A stretch of 32,000 nt of DNA from Pseudomonas aeruginosa (lineage in GTDB: Bacteria; Pseudomonadota; Gammaproteobacteria; Pseudomonadales; Pseudomonadaceae). Of the stretch, positions 1-9,845 are shown in pieces. The position numbers and the translations under genes were made by a program. Every line of letters starts with the position of its first letter. The stretch's first letter is position 1. The stretch is from positions 630,001-662,000 of the forward strand of contig NZ_LN831024.1 of the NCBI RefSeq assembly GCF_001457615.1, in the 5' to 3' direction. The notes beneath the pieces are model-generated. The model made no database searches. It saw only the letters and a list, made by a program, of their open reading frames with translations, and was not told where the DNA came from.

Positions 1-2
1 AT

Positions 3-308
3 GGCCGCTATGCGCCAGAGCGCAAGGGGCTGCCGCTGGATATCGACGTGCTGTTCTACGGCGACCTGGTGGGCGATTTCGATGGCCTGGTGCTGCCGCG
101 CGCCGAAGTGCTGAAGAACGCTTTCGTGCTCTGGCCCTTGTCCGAGCTGGCGCCGAACCTGGAGCATCCGGTCGCCCGCCAGCCGCTGGGCGATCTCTGG
201 CGCGAGACGAGGATCCAGCAGAAGCTCTGGCCGGCGCCATTCGAATGGCGTGGCCAGGCGTTGACTCCCGAAGCGCTGCTTCAGGCCTTTCCGCGTTCTT
301 CCTTGTAG
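3..308 (+). CDS. 2-amino-4-hydroxy-6-hydroxymethyldihydropteridine pyrophosphokinase (HPPK/FolK family), C-terminal fragment; the 5' end lies outside the window
   Basis: The frame is open from the window edge. The translation [21 protein letters not shown]...[23 protein letters not shown] matches the HPPK C-terminal motifs (LDLDIL.YG, LP.P....R.FVL.PL.E.AP). Stop TAG at 306-308. Confidence 0.7.
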   Translation, partial: GRYAPERKGLPLDIDVLFYGDLVGDFDGLVLPRAEVLKNAFVLWPLSELAPNLEHPVARQPLGDLWRETRIQQKLWPAPFEWRGQALTPEALLQAFPRSSL

Positions 309-1513
309 GCCTTGAGTGCGGCGAGGCGCGCACGCTTCAGCGCCTCGCCCAGTTCCGCGCCCTTCAAGCCCTTTTCCACCAGCGGCTTCACGCTGACTGC
401 CCGCGCTGCCTGCGCCGCGCCGAGCAGGTAGGCGGCCTGCGGATAGTCCCGCTGTTCCAGGCCGAGGCGGCCGCGCGCGTCCATCTCGCTGGCGGCGACG
501 AACTCCTCGAAACGCTGCGGGCGGCGATACACGTCGAAGCTCTGCAACAGCTCCAGCAGTGTATTCGGGCGCAGCTCCAGCGCCCGATGGGCGTGGGTGT
601 GGTACTCGCCCACCAGGCGCGCCAGTTCCTGGCAGTCGCGCGGCACCCTGAAGCGCTGGTTCACCGCATCGATCAACGGCACGCCGCGGGCCTCGTGGGC
701 GATATGGCGGGGCCAGTCCGCTTCGCTGGTGAGTCCCTTGCCCAGGTCGTGCAGCAGGCAGGCCCAGCGTACGCTGAGCGGCTGCCGGTGGCGGGCGCAT
801 TGCTGCAATACCGACAGGACATGGACGCCGGTATCGATTTCCGGATGGTGGGCCGCCGGCTGCGGTACGCCGAATAGCGCCTCGACTTCCGGGATCAGTT
901 CGGCCAGGGCGCCGCAGTCGTGCAGGACCTGGATGAAGACCTCGGGGTTGGGTTCCATCAGGGCTCGGGAAATTTCCTTCCAACTGCGCTCCGGGGTCAG
1001 CGCCTGCAACTCGCCGGATTCCGCCAGTTGGCGCATCAGGGCGAGGGTTTCGGCGGCGACCCGGAAGCCCAGGCCGGCGTAGCGGGCGGCGAAGCGCGCT
1101 ACGCGCAGGACCCGCAGGGGATCCTCGGCGAACGCCGGGGAAACGTGACGCAGCAGGCGCGCCTCGAGGTCGGCCTGGCCGCCGTAGGGGTCTATTACCC
1201 GGCCCTGTTCGTCCTCGGCCATGGCGTTGATGGTCAGGTCACGGCGAGTCAGGTCTTCCTCCAGGGTCACCTCGGGGCTGGCATGGAAGGTGAAGCCGCC
1301 GTAGCCGCGCCCGCTCTTTCGCTCGGTGCGCGCCAGGGCGTATTCCTCGCCGCTCTGCGGATGAAGGAAGACCGGGAAGTCGGCGCCCACCGGGCGGTAG
1401 CCGCGGGCGAGCATCTCGTCGCTGCTGGCACCGACCACCACCCAGTCGATATCGGTGACCGGACGGCCGAGAAGGCGATCGCGCACGGCGCCGCCGACCT
1501 TGTAAATCTGCAT
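281..1513 (-). CDS. cca: Multifunctional CCA-adding tRNA nucleotidyltransferase with HD phosphohydrolase domain
   Basis: 410 aa. The N-terminus [28 protein letters not shown] is the class II nucleotidyltransferase signature. An HD region (LLHDLGK) follows. ATG at 1511-1513 is preceded by GGAGGA. Confidence 0.96.
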   Translation of the reverse strand: MQIYKVGGAVRDRLLGRPVTDIDWVVVGASSDEMLARGYRPVGADFPVFLHPQSGEEYALARTERKSGRGYGGFTFHASPEVTLEEDLTRRDLTINAMAEDEQGRVIDPYGGQADLEARLLRHVSPAFAEDPLRVLRVARFAARYAGLGFRVAAETLALMRQLAESGELQALTPERSWKEISRALMEPNPEVFIQVLHDCGALAELIPEVEALFGVPQPAAHHPEIDTGVHVLSVLQQCARHRQPLSVRWACLLHDLGKGLTSEADWPRHIAHEARGVPLIDAVNQRFRVPRDCQELARLVGEYHTHAHRALELRPNTLLELLQSFDVYRRPQRFEEFVAASEMDARGRLGLEQRDYPQAAYLLGAAQAARAVSVKPLVEKGLKGAELGEALKRARLAALKAYKEERGKA

Positions 1514-1556
1514 GGGAATCCTCCGCGTGATAGGCGGAAGTCTACCCCAGGGTGTC

Positions 1557-2063
1557 CTAGCGGGCGCGTGGAAGCAGCCGGAGCAGGGCGCCGACCGCCA
1601 GTTCGAGCTGTTCCGGATTGGCCCTGGCGGGGCTGAGGCCGGTGCTTACCATACCTTCCCAGAGAACGCGCTCCTCCAGGTCGACCAGGCGCACGCGCAA
1701 TGTCCCGGTTTCGTCGCGCAGGCTGTGGATCGCCAGATAAGGCCCCATGCCGGAGGTGGGCGGAAGGTCGGGGCGGAATTCCAGCGGTGCGTCGCGTAGC
1801 GCCAGCCAGTAGTAGACGCGGAATTGCGGGGTAGCGCTCTCGTGGTAGCCGTGGGTCGCCAGTCCCTGGCGCAGCTCTGCGTTTATCAGCGGATAGCGGT
1901 TGCGGTAGGGCAGGGCGTCGACCGCCTGTTCCGGCGGCATCAACTGGAAACCTTGCAGGCCGGGCAGTCCGGCGCTGGCCGGATGGGTCACCCGGGCGCT
2001 GGGGATGTGGCTGGCGCAGGTGGCCAGGACGAGGCAGAGCAGGACGATGGCGAACAGGCGCAT
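1557..2063 (-). CDS. Small putative lipoprotein of unknown function
   Basis: 168 aa. Signal peptide with lipobox ([16 protein letters not shown]|ASH). ATG at 2061-2063 with a GGAG upstream. No family confidently recognised. Confidence 0.65.
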   Translation of the reverse strand: MRLFAIVLLCLVLATCASHIPSARVTHPASAGLPGLQGFQLMPPEQAVDALPYRNRYPLINAELRQGLATHGYHESATPQFRVYYWLALRDAPLEFRPDLPPTSGMGPYLAIHSLRDETGTLRVRLVDLEERVLWEGMVSTGLSPARANPEQLELAVGALLRLLPRAR

Positions 2064-2107
2064 GGCGGCTCCCGTGGACGGCCGGCTTCTTGTTCTGCTG
2101 TGGGCGG

Positions 2108-2141
2108 CCCGACCGTGCCGGCATGCTGGCCGGCGGTCGGG
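2108..2141 (-). terminator. GC-rich hairpin just downstream of the ycgB stop; possible operon-end terminator but lacks a U-tract
   Basis: Arms CCCGACCGTGCCGGC (2108-2122) and GCCGGCGGTCGGG (2129-2141) form about 13 bp with one bulge and a 6-nt loop. No T-run follows on either strand. Confidence 0.3.
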
Positions 2142-2156
2142 GCGGACGTCAACCGA

Positions 2157-3710
2157 TCAAATGGGCGGGATGATCAGGTCCAAACGCGGGTAGCCTTCCT
2201 CGCCCTCGCTGGCGCCCTTGGGCGGCATGTGGTGGGTCTGCACGAGCTGGTCGCCCTGTAGGGTCTCCAGGTGGATATCGAAGCCCCACAAGCGATGCAG
2301 GTGCTTGAGCACGTCGGCGGTGGAATCGCTCAGCGGCTGGCGGTCGAACTGCTGGTGGCGCAGGGTCAGCGAGCGGTCGCCGCGACGGTCGACGTTCCAG
2401 ATCTGGATGTTCGGCTCGCGGTTGCCGAGGTTGTACTGCGCCGCCAGGGTCTCGCGGATGGTGCGGTAGCCGGCTTCGTCGTGGATCGCCGCGACCAGCA
2501 GGTCGTCCTTCTGGTCGTCGTCGAGAATGCTGAACAGCTTCAGGTCGCGAATCACCTTGGGCGAGAGGAACTGCAGGATGAAGCTTTCGTCCTTGAAGCT
2601 CTTCATGGCGAACTTCAGCGTGGCCAGCCAGTCGCTGCCGGCGATATCCGGGAACCAGCGGCGGTCCTCGTCGGTAGGTTCCTCGCAGATGCGGCGGATG
2701 TCGCGGTACATGGCGAAGCCCAGGGCGTAGGGGTTGATGCCGCTGTAGTAGGGGCTGTCGAAGGACGGCTGGTAGACCACGCTGGTGTGGTATTGCAGGA
2801 ACTCCATCATGAAGCCGTCGTTGACCAGGCCTTCGTCGTAGAGGTCGTTGAGCAGCGTGTAGTGCCAGAAGGTCGCCCAGCCTTCGTTCATCACCTGGGT
2901 CTGGCGTTGCGGGTAGAAATACTGGGCGATCTTGCGCACGATGCGGATCACCTCGCGCTGCCAGGGCTCCAGAAGCGGCGCGTTCTTCTCGATGAAGTAG
3001 AGGATGTTCTCCTGCGGCTCGCTCGGATAGCGCGCCATGGATTGTTCCTTGTCCTTGCCGCCGACGCGCGGGATGGTCCGCCAGAGGTCGTTGACCTGGC
3101 GCTGGATCAGTTCCTCGCGCTCCTTCTGCCGCTGCCGCTCCTCTTCCGCGGAAATCGGGTAGGGACGCTTGTAGCGGTCGACACCGTAGTTCATCAGGGC
3201 GTGGCAGGAGTCGAGCAGGTCTTCCACCGCGTCGATCCCGTAGCGCTCCTCGCACTGCATGATGTACTGCTTGGCGAACACCAGGTAATCGATGATCGAA
3301 CTGGCATCGGTCCAGGTGCGGAACAGGTAGTTGCCCTTGAAGAAACTGTTGTGCCCGTAGCAGGCGTGGGCGATCACCAGCGCCTGCATGCACTGGGTGT
3401 TTTCCTCCATCAGGTAGGCGATGCAGGGGTCGGAGTTGATCACGATCTCGTAGGCCAGGCCCATCTGGCCACGCTTGTAGTTCTTTTCCGTGCTGAGGAA
3501 GTGCTTGCCGTAGGACCAGTGGTTATAGCCGATCGGCATGCCCACCGAGGCGTAGGCGTCCATCATCTGCTCGGCGGTGATCACCTCGATCTGGTTCGGA
3601 TAGGTATCCAGGGCATAGCGCTCGGCGATCCTGCTGATTTCCCGGTCGTACTGCTGGATCAGCTCGAAGGTCCATTCCGAGCCGGTGGCGATGGGCTGGC
3701 GCTTGCTCAT
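2157..3710 (-). CDS. ycgB: SpoVR/YcgB family protein
   Basis: The start is trimmed to the ATG at 3708-3710 ([25 protein letters not shown]...), giving 517 aa, typical YcgB length. ATGA 4-nt overlap with the yeaH stop. The longer 606-aa track ORF has an Arg/Pro-rich N-terminal extension that is implausible. Confidence 0.92.
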
Positions 3711-4978
3711 GCGACGAGCCTCCTCTGGAACAGCTCGCGGAACACCGGGTAGATGTCCGATGCCGAGACGATCTGCTGCTGGGCGAAGCTGTCTTCGAAG
3801 GCTTCGCGCACGCGCTCGTACTCGAACCACAGGGCCTGGTGTTCGCGCGGGGTGATCTCGACGTAGGTGTAGTACTGGACGAACGGCATGATCTGCTTGA
3901 GGAGGATGTCCCGGCACACCGGCGAGTCGTCGTTCCAGTTGTCGCCGTCCGAGGCCTGGGCGGCGTAGATGTTCCACTCATGGGTCGGATAGCGCTCGGC
4001 CATGATCTCCTGCATCATCTTCAGCGCGCTGGAGACGATGGTGCCGCCGGTCTCGCGGGAGTAGAAGAACTCCTCCTCGTCGACCTCGCGGGCGCTGGTG
4101 TGGTGGCGGATGAACACCACTTCGATCTTCTCGTAGTTCCGCTTGAGGAACAGGTAGAGCAGGATGAAGAAGCGCTTGGCGATGTCCTTGGTCGCCTGGG
4201 TCATCGAGCCGGAGACGTCCATCAGGCAGAACATCACCGCCTTGGAGGTGGGGTTGGGCTGCTTGACCAGCAGGTTGTACTTGAGATCGAAGGTATCGAG
4301 GAACGGCACCCGGTCGATGCGCGCGCGGAGCTTGGCGATTTCCAGCTCGAGTTCCTGGATATCGCCGAGGTTGTCCGGCTCTTCGCGCTTGATCCGCTCC
4401 AGTTCCTTCAGCGCCGCGCGCAGCTTGGCCCGGCTGCCGCCGGACAGCGCGATGCGCCGCGCATGGGCCGAGCGCAGGGTGCGGACGATGTTGATGCGCG
4501 ACGGGTTGCCGTCGTTGCTGATGCCGGCGCGGACGGTCTTGAAGGTGTCGGTGCCGGTGATGTGGCGCTTGACCAGGTTGGGCAGCTCCAGGTCCTCGAA
4601 CATGAAGTCGAGGAATTCCTCCTGGGTGATCTGGAAGACGAAGTCGTCCATGCCTTCGCCGCTGTTGCTGGCCTTGCCGCCGCCGCGGCCGCCCCCGCCG
4701 CCGGATGGGCGGGCGATGTGCTCGCCGGCGGTGAATTCCTTGTTGCCGGGGTGGACGACGGTCTGCCGCCCGCCGCGGCCATGGTGCAGCACCGGTTCGT
4801 CGATATCGCGCCCGGGAATGCTGATCTGCTCGCCGTGCTCCATGTCGGTAATGGAGCGCCGGCTGACGGCCTCCTCGACGGCCTTCTTGATGTGTTCACG
4901 GTAGCGCCTCAGGAAGCGCTGGCGGTTCACCGTGCTCTTGTTCTTGCCGTTCAGACGCCGGTCGATGACGTAGCTCAT
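3707..4978 (-). CDS. yeaH: DUF444 family protein YeaH (vWA-like)
   Basis: 423 aa. The N-terminus [26 protein letters not shown] is near-identical in pattern to E. coli YeaH. A Gly-run linker is present. GAGGAG lies 5 nt upstream of the ATG at 4976-4978. Confidence 0.94.
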
Positions 4979-4998
4979 GAATGCTCCTCAGGGCCTGT

Positions 4999-5070
4999 GG
5001 CGCCCCGCCGGAGCGGAGGCGCCGAGGTCCGAATGCGACGGCGACCGGTACGGTCGCAGCGACCGTACCG
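4999..5070 (-). other. Two strong RNA hairpins in the 100-nt yeaG-yeaH spacer
   Basis: Hairpin 4999-5023: about 10 bp with one bulged A and a 4-nt loop. 5046-5070 is a perfect 25-nt palindrome, CGGTACGGTCGCAGCGACCGTACCG. Arm GCGACCG recurs at 5041-5047 and 5059-5065, flanking CGGTCGC at 5051-5057, so alternative pairings are possible. Confidence 0.6.
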
Positions 5071-5078
5071 ATGGCAGA

Positions 5079-7001
5079 CTACTGCGACTTGCGAACCCGC
5101 AGGTACCATTCCGACAGCAGGCGGACCTGCTTCTCGGTGTAGCCGCGCTCGACCATGCGTTTGACGAAGTCGTTGTGCTTCTGCTGGTCCTCCTTGCTGG
5201 CCTTGGCGTTGAAGCTGATGACCGGAAGCAGGTCCTCGGTGTTGGAGAACATCTTCTTCTCGATCACTACGCGCAGCTTCTCGTAGGACAGCCAGCTCGG
5301 ATTCTTGCCGTTGTTGCCGGCGCGGGCGCGCAGCACGAAGTTGACGATCTCGTTGCGGAAGTCCTTCGGGTTGCTGATGCCGGCGGGTTTCTCGATCTTC
5401 TCCAGTTCCTCGTTGAGGGCGGCGCGGTTGAGGATCTCGCCGGTTTCCGGGTCGCGGTATTCCTGGTCCTGGATCCAGAAGTCGGCGTACAGCACATAGC
5501 GGTCGAAGATGTTCTGACCGTATTCGCTGTAGGACTCCAGGTAGGCGGTCTGGATTTCCTTGCCGATGAACTCGACGTAGCGCGGCGCCAGGTATTCCTT
5601 GATGAAGCGCAGGTAGCGCTCGCGGGTTTCCGGCTGGAACTGTTCCTGCTCGATCTGCTGTTCGAGGACGTAGAGCAGGTGCACCGGGTTGGCCGCTACC
5701 TCGTGCGGGTCGAAGTTGAATACCTTGGAGAGGATCTTGAAGGCGAAGCGGGTGGAAAGCCCGGCCATGCCTTCGTCGACCCCGGCCGAGTCGCGGTATT
5801 CCTGGATCGACTTGGCCTTGGGATCGGTATCTTTCAGGTTTTCGCCGTCATATACCCGCATCTTCGAGTAGATATTCGAGTTTTCCGGCTCTTTCAGCCT
5901 CGACAGCACGGAGAACTGCGAGAGCATCTTCAGGGTGTCCGGCGCGCAGTGGGCATGCGCCAGCGAGCTGTTGACCAGCAACTTGTCGTAGATCTTGATC
6001 TCGTCCGCCACGCGCAGGCAGTACGGCACCTTGACGATGTAGATGCGGTCGATGAAGGCCTCGTTGTTCTTGTTGTTGCGGAAACTGTGCCATTCCGATT
6101 CGTTGGAGTGAGCCAGGATGATGCCGCTGTAGGGCAGGGCGCCGAGACCTTCGGTGCTGTTGTAGTTGCCTTCCTGGGTCGCGGTCAGCAGCGGGTGCAG
6201 GACCTTGATCGGGGCCTTGAACATCTCGACGAATTCCATCAGGCCCTGGTTGGCCCGGCAGAGGGCGCCCGAATAGCTGTAGGCGTCCGCGTCGTTCTGC
6301 GGGTATTCCTCCAGCTTGCGGATGTCGACCTTGCCGACCAGCGCGGATATGTCCTGGTTGTTCTCGTCGCCGGGCTCGGTCTTGGCGATGGCGATCTGGT
6401 TGAGGATCGAGGGGTACAGCTTGACCACGCGGAACTGGCTGATGTCGCCGCCGAACTCGTTGAGGCGCTTGGTTGCCCAGGGCGACATGATCGAGCGCAG
6501 GTAGCGCCTCGGGATGCCGTAGTCCTCCTCGAGGATGGCGCCGTCTTCGTCGGGGTTGAACAAGCCCAGCGGCGACTCGAAGACCGGTGAGCCCTTGATC
6601 GCGTAGAAGGGCACCTTCTCCATCAGTTGCTTGAGTTTTTCCGCCAGGGAGGATTTACCGCCGCCGACCGGGCCGAGCAGGTAAAGGATCTGCTTCTTCT
6701 CCTCCAGGCCCTGGGCCGCGTGGCGGAAGAACGCGACGATCTGGTCGATGCATTCCTCCATGCCGTGGAAGTCGGCGAACGCCGGGTAGCGGCGAATCAC
6801 CTTGTTGGAGAAGATCCGCGACAGCCTGGAGTCCACCGAGGTGTCCAGCAACTCCGGCTCGCCGATCGCCATCAGCAGGCGCTCGGCGGCGGAGGCATAG
6901 GCTGTCTTGTCTTGCTTGCAGAGGTCGAGATATTCCTGGAGGGAATATTCCTCTTGACGGGTCGCTTCGAAGCGTTCCTGGAAGTGACTGAAAATGCTCA
7001 T
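5079..7001 (-). CDS. yeaG: PrkA/YeaG family serine protein kinase (AAA-like N-terminal domain)
   Basis: The start is trimmed to the ATG at 6999-7001 (MSIFSHFQERFEATRQEEYSLQEYLDLCKQDKTAYASAAERLLMAIGEP), which aligns with the E. coli YeaG N-terminus. 640 aa. Walker A LLGPVGGGKSS. GAGGAG RBS. Confidence 0.95.
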   Translation of the reverse strand: MSIFSHFQERFEATRQEEYSLQEYLDLCKQDKTAYASAAERLLMAIGEPELLDTSVDSRLSRIFSNKVIRRYPAFADFHGMEECIDQIVAFFRHAAQGLEEKKQILYLLGPVGGGKSSLAEKLKQLMEKVPFYAIKGSPVFESPLGLFNPDEDGAILEEDYGIPRRYLRSIMSPWATKRLNEFGGDISQFRVVKLYPSILNQIAIAKTEPGDENNQDISALVGKVDIRKLEEYPQNDADAYSYSGALCRANQGLMEFVEMFKAPIKVLHPLLTATQEGNYNSTEGLGALPYSGIILAHSNESEWHSFRNNKNNEAFIDRIYIVKVPYCLRVADEIKIYDKLLVNSSLAHAHCAPDTLKMLSQFSVLSRLKEPENSNIYSKMRVYDGENLKDTDPKAKSIQEYRDSAGVDEGMAGLSTRFAFKILSKVFNFDPHEVAANPVHLLYVLEQQIEQEQFQPETRERYLRFIKEYLAPRYVEFIGKEIQTAYLESYSEYGQNIFDRYVLYADFWIQDQEYRDPETGEILNRAALNEELEKIEKPAGISNPKDFRNEIVNFVLRARAGNNGKNPSWLSYEKLRVVIEKKMFSNTEDLLPVISFNAKASKEDQQKHNDFVKRMVERGYTEKQVRLLSEWYLRVRKSQ

Positions 7002-7279
7002 GACGTCTCCTCGCTCGATGCAGTGAGCCGGCGCGGGATCGGTCGTGCGGGTGCGGGGGGGCCGCCAGCCAGGCCGGCGAGAATCCCCCAGACTCCGTCG
7101 CTGCACGGTGCTTCCCTTTCCGCCAGCGCTCCTAACGGTCACAGCCGATGGCCCGGAAGCCGGTGTGCCGGCTCTCCCCTGTTTTGGATGGCCTGAGGAA
7201 AAGAATAGTTCGTTCTGGACGGAGTAAAGGAAGAAAGGCGAGAGAAGTTACAGTTTTTTTGGCGGGGTAGCGGCGCGGC

Positions 7280-7612
7280 CTACTCCGCTTCGCCGCTGCT
7301 GGTATCCGCGGGATAGACGCTGCGCCATAGCTCGAAGCCGCCGTCGAGGCTGTAGACGTCGCTGAAGCCCTGCTGGATGAAATAGGCGGCGGCGCTCTGG
7401 CTGGAGTTACCGTGGTAGCAGACCACCACCAGCGGAGCGTCGAGGTCGGCGGCGGCGATGAAGTCCGCCACCGAGTGGTTGTCGATGTGCCGCGAGCCGC
7501 TGATGTGGCCGACAGCGAAGCTCTGCGGGTCGCGGATGTCGACCACCTGGGCGCCGTTTTCGCGGAGCTGGCGGGCCTGTTCGGGGGCGATGCGCTGGAA
7601 GGTGTCGCTCAT
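7280..7612 (-). CDS. glpE: Thiosulfate sulfurtransferase (single-domain rhodanese) GlpE
   Basis: 110 aa. Active-site loop CYHGNSS identical in pattern to E. coli GlpE. ATG at 7610-7612. Confidence 0.9.
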   Translation of the reverse strand: MSDTFQRIAPEQARQLRENGAQVVDIRDPQSFAVGHISGSRHIDNHSVADFIAAADLDAPLVVVCYHGNSSQSAAAYFIQQGFSDVYSLDGGFELWRSVYPADTSSGEAE

Positions 7613-7655
7613 GTCGGGGTACCTGTGTACAGGGCGTCCACCGGACGCCGGGGAT

Positions 7656-8507
7656 TCATGCGGGCGTGGCGGCGGGTCTGGCCGGCGCGCGCTGTTCGGC
7701 GCAATCGCAGCTCAGGCGTTCGCCGCTGTCGACGTTCAGCAGGGTCATCCGCGCGCCCCAGACGCAGCCGGTGTCCAGGGCGAACAGGCCGGGCTCGTCG
7801 CAGTGGCCTTCGAGGGCCGCCCAGTGGCCGAAGATGATCTTCTCGCCGCGGGTCTTGCGCGAAGGGAAGCTGAACCAGGGGGCGTAGCCGGGCGGCGCGG
7901 TGTCGAGGCCTTCCTTGCTCTTCAGGTCGAGCTTGCCATCTTCGGTGCAGAAACGCATGCGGGTGAAGTAGTTGGTGATCACCCTCAGGCGGTCGATGCC
8001 ATGCAGCTTCTTGTCCCACTTGGCCGGTTCGTTGCCGTACATGCCGTCGAGGAACAGCGGCAGGCGCTGGTCGTCGCGCAATGCTTGCTCCACCTCGGCT
8101 GCGCGCAGGCGGGCTTTTTCCAGGCTCCACTGCGGGGGGATGCCGGCATGCACCAGGGCGACCTTGCGTTGTTCGTCGTAGTGCAGCAGCGGCAGGCGAC
8201 GCAGCCAGTCGAGCAGTGGCTCGCGGTCCGGCGCCTCGAGGATTTCCCGCAGCGTGTCGGACTTCTTCAGGCGCTCGGACTTGTGCGCCACCGCCAGCAG
8301 GTGCAGGTCGTGGTTGCCCAGGACGCTGACCACCGACTCGCGCATGGCATAGAGGAAGCGCAGCGTCTCCAGGGACTGCGGGCCGCGGTTGACCAGGTCG
8401 CCGACCAGCCACAGGCGGTCCTTGGCCGGGTCGAAGGCGACGCGCTCCAGCAGGCATTTCAGGGGATCCAGGCAACCCTGCAGGTCGCCTACCGCGTAGA
8501 CCGCCAT
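7656..8507 (-). CDS. apaH: Bis(5'-nucleosyl)-tetraphosphatase, symmetrical (ApaH)
   Basis: 283 aa. Metallophosphoesterase motifs ([24 protein letters not shown]). The start overlaps the apaG stop (TGATG). Confidence 0.95.
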
Positions 8508-8887
8508 CAGTGCAGCGCTCCCGGTACGGCCAGGCGAAACACCGGGATCGCGGCGTCGAAGGCGATTCCGTCGCTGCCGAGCATCTGGTAGCTGCCGCGC
8601 ATGCTGCCGACCCGGGTCGCCAGCACCGTGCCGCTGGTGTAGGTGTGTTGCGCGCCGGGGGCGATCAGCGGTTGCTCGCCGACCACGCCGGCGCCGCGAA
8701 CTTCCTGGGTACGGCCGTCGCCGTCGGTGATGATCCAGTGGCGCGACAGCAGTTGGGCCGGAACCTCGCCCTGGTTCTCGATGGTCACCGTGTAGGCGAA
8801 GGCGAAACGGTTCTGCTCCGGGGCGGACTGTTCCGGAAGGTAGCGGGTGTCGACCCTGACGTTGACCTGGTGCTGGGTATCGCTCAT
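8507..8887 (-). CDS. apaG: ApaG (DUF525) protein
   Basis: 126 aa. Matches the ApaG pattern ([25 protein letters not shown]...EV.G.GVVGEQP). Conserved position between ksgA and apaH. Confidence 0.93.
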
Positions 8888-8923
8888 ACGGCTTGCCTGA
8901 TTCCTGACGAGTGTCTCACCAGA

Positions 8924-9730
8924 CTAACGATTGCCTGGCAGCTCGGCCAGCCGGTTGGCCAGGCGGACGAATGCGGCCAGGTCGAGTTGTTCGGGACGGA
9001 GGGTCGGATCGACCTCTGCGGCCTCGATGTCCTCGACGCTCAGGAGAGGCTTGAGGGTGTTGCGCAGGGTCTTGCGGCGCTGGTTGAAGGCCTCGCGGAC
9101 CACCCGCTCGAGCAGTTTCGGATCGCGTGCCGGATGGGGCGGCTCGGCGAAGGGGGTGAGACGGACGATGGCCGAGTCGACCTTGGGCGGCGGGTTGAAC
9201 GCGCCGGGGCCGACGTTGAACAGGTGCTCCACCCGACAGTGATACTGGACCATGATCGAGAGCCGGCCCCAGTCTCCGCCGCCCGGCGTGGCCGCCAGGC
9301 GCTCCACCACTTCCTTTTGCAGCATGAAGTGCATGTCCTCGATCACCGGCGCGTGCTCCAGCAGATGGAAGATCAGTGGCGTGGAGATGTTGTAGGGCAG
9401 GTTGCCGACCACTCGCAGCTTCTCGCCGCTCTCCACCAGCGAGGCGAAATCGAACTTGAGGGCGTCGCCCTGGTGCAGGCTGAAGCGCGACTCGAGGCCG
9501 AATTTCAGCTTCAACAGGGGGATCAGGTCCTGGTCGAGCTCGATCACGTCCAGGCGTGCGCCGCTGCCCAGCAGTCCCTCGGTCAGGGCGCCCTGGCCCG
9601 GGCCGATCTCCAGCAGGCGCTGACCCTCGCGGGCATGGATGGCACGGAGGATGCGGTGAATCACCCCGGCATCGTGCAGGAAGTTCTGGCCGAAGCGCTT
9701 GCGCGCGCGGTGTTGGTAAAGCTCGGACAT
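8924..9730 (-). CDS. rsmA: 16S rRNA (adenine1518/1519-N6)-dimethyltransferase RsmA/KsgA
   Basis: 268 aa. KRFGQNFLHD and the SAM motif LEIGPGQGALT are present. ATG at 9728-9730. Confidence 0.96.
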   Translation of the reverse strand: MSELYQHRARKRFGQNFLHDAGVIHRILRAIHAREGQRLLEIGPGQGALTEGLLGSGARLDVIELDQDLIPLLKLKFGLESRFSLHQGDALKFDFASLVESGEKLRVVGNLPYNISTPLIFHLLEHAPVIEDMHFMLQKEVVERLAATPGGGDWGRLSIMVQYHCRVEHLFNVGPGAFNPPPKVDSAIVRLTPFAEPPHPARDPKLLERVVREAFNQRRKTLRNTLKPLLSVEDIEAAEVDPTLRPEQLDLAAFVRLANRLAELPGNR

Positions 9731-9845
9731 TGGAAACGGTTCCAGGCTGCGGGCCCCAGGCCAAGGCGGGAGGCGCGGATGCGAAAGGGCGCCATTTTAA
9801 CAGCGAAGCGTCGGGCCGGCAGGGCTAAACGATGGCCGACCGCCG

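Noticed and set aside
2271-3752. 493-aa plus-strand ORF antisense to ycgB. Similar long antisense or off-frame ORFs occur at 3839-5164, 4977-6590, 8510-9967, 9945-10850, 10880-12109 and 13536-14981.
   Set aside because: These are typical high-GC shadow ORFs. They mirror strongly supported genes on the other strand, have Ala/Gly/Arg/Val/Leu/Asp-rich low-information composition, lack RBS-linked starts, and resemble no protein family I recognise.
4660-4705. GCC/GCG-rich triplet-repeat-like stretch, considered as a tandem repeat or slippage site.
   Set aside because: It encodes the conserved glycine-rich linker of YeaH ([11 protein letters not shown]) in frame. It is imperfect at the nucleotide level and is a normal feature of the DUF444 family.
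7055-7061. G7 (C7 on the transcribed strand) homopolymer in the yeaG leader, considered as a phase-variation switch.
   Set aside because: The tract is short and non-coding, with no evidence of length variation from a single sequence. It is mentioned only as a detail of the leader.
7262-7288. Hairpin GCGGGGTAG / CTACTCCGC overlapping the glpE stop and adjacent to a T7 run (7254-7260); considered as the glpE terminator.
   Set aside because: On the transcribed minus strand the hairpin is followed by an A-run, not a U-run. On the plus strand the T-run precedes the stem. It is not a canonical intrinsic terminator in either direction, and one stem position is mismatched.
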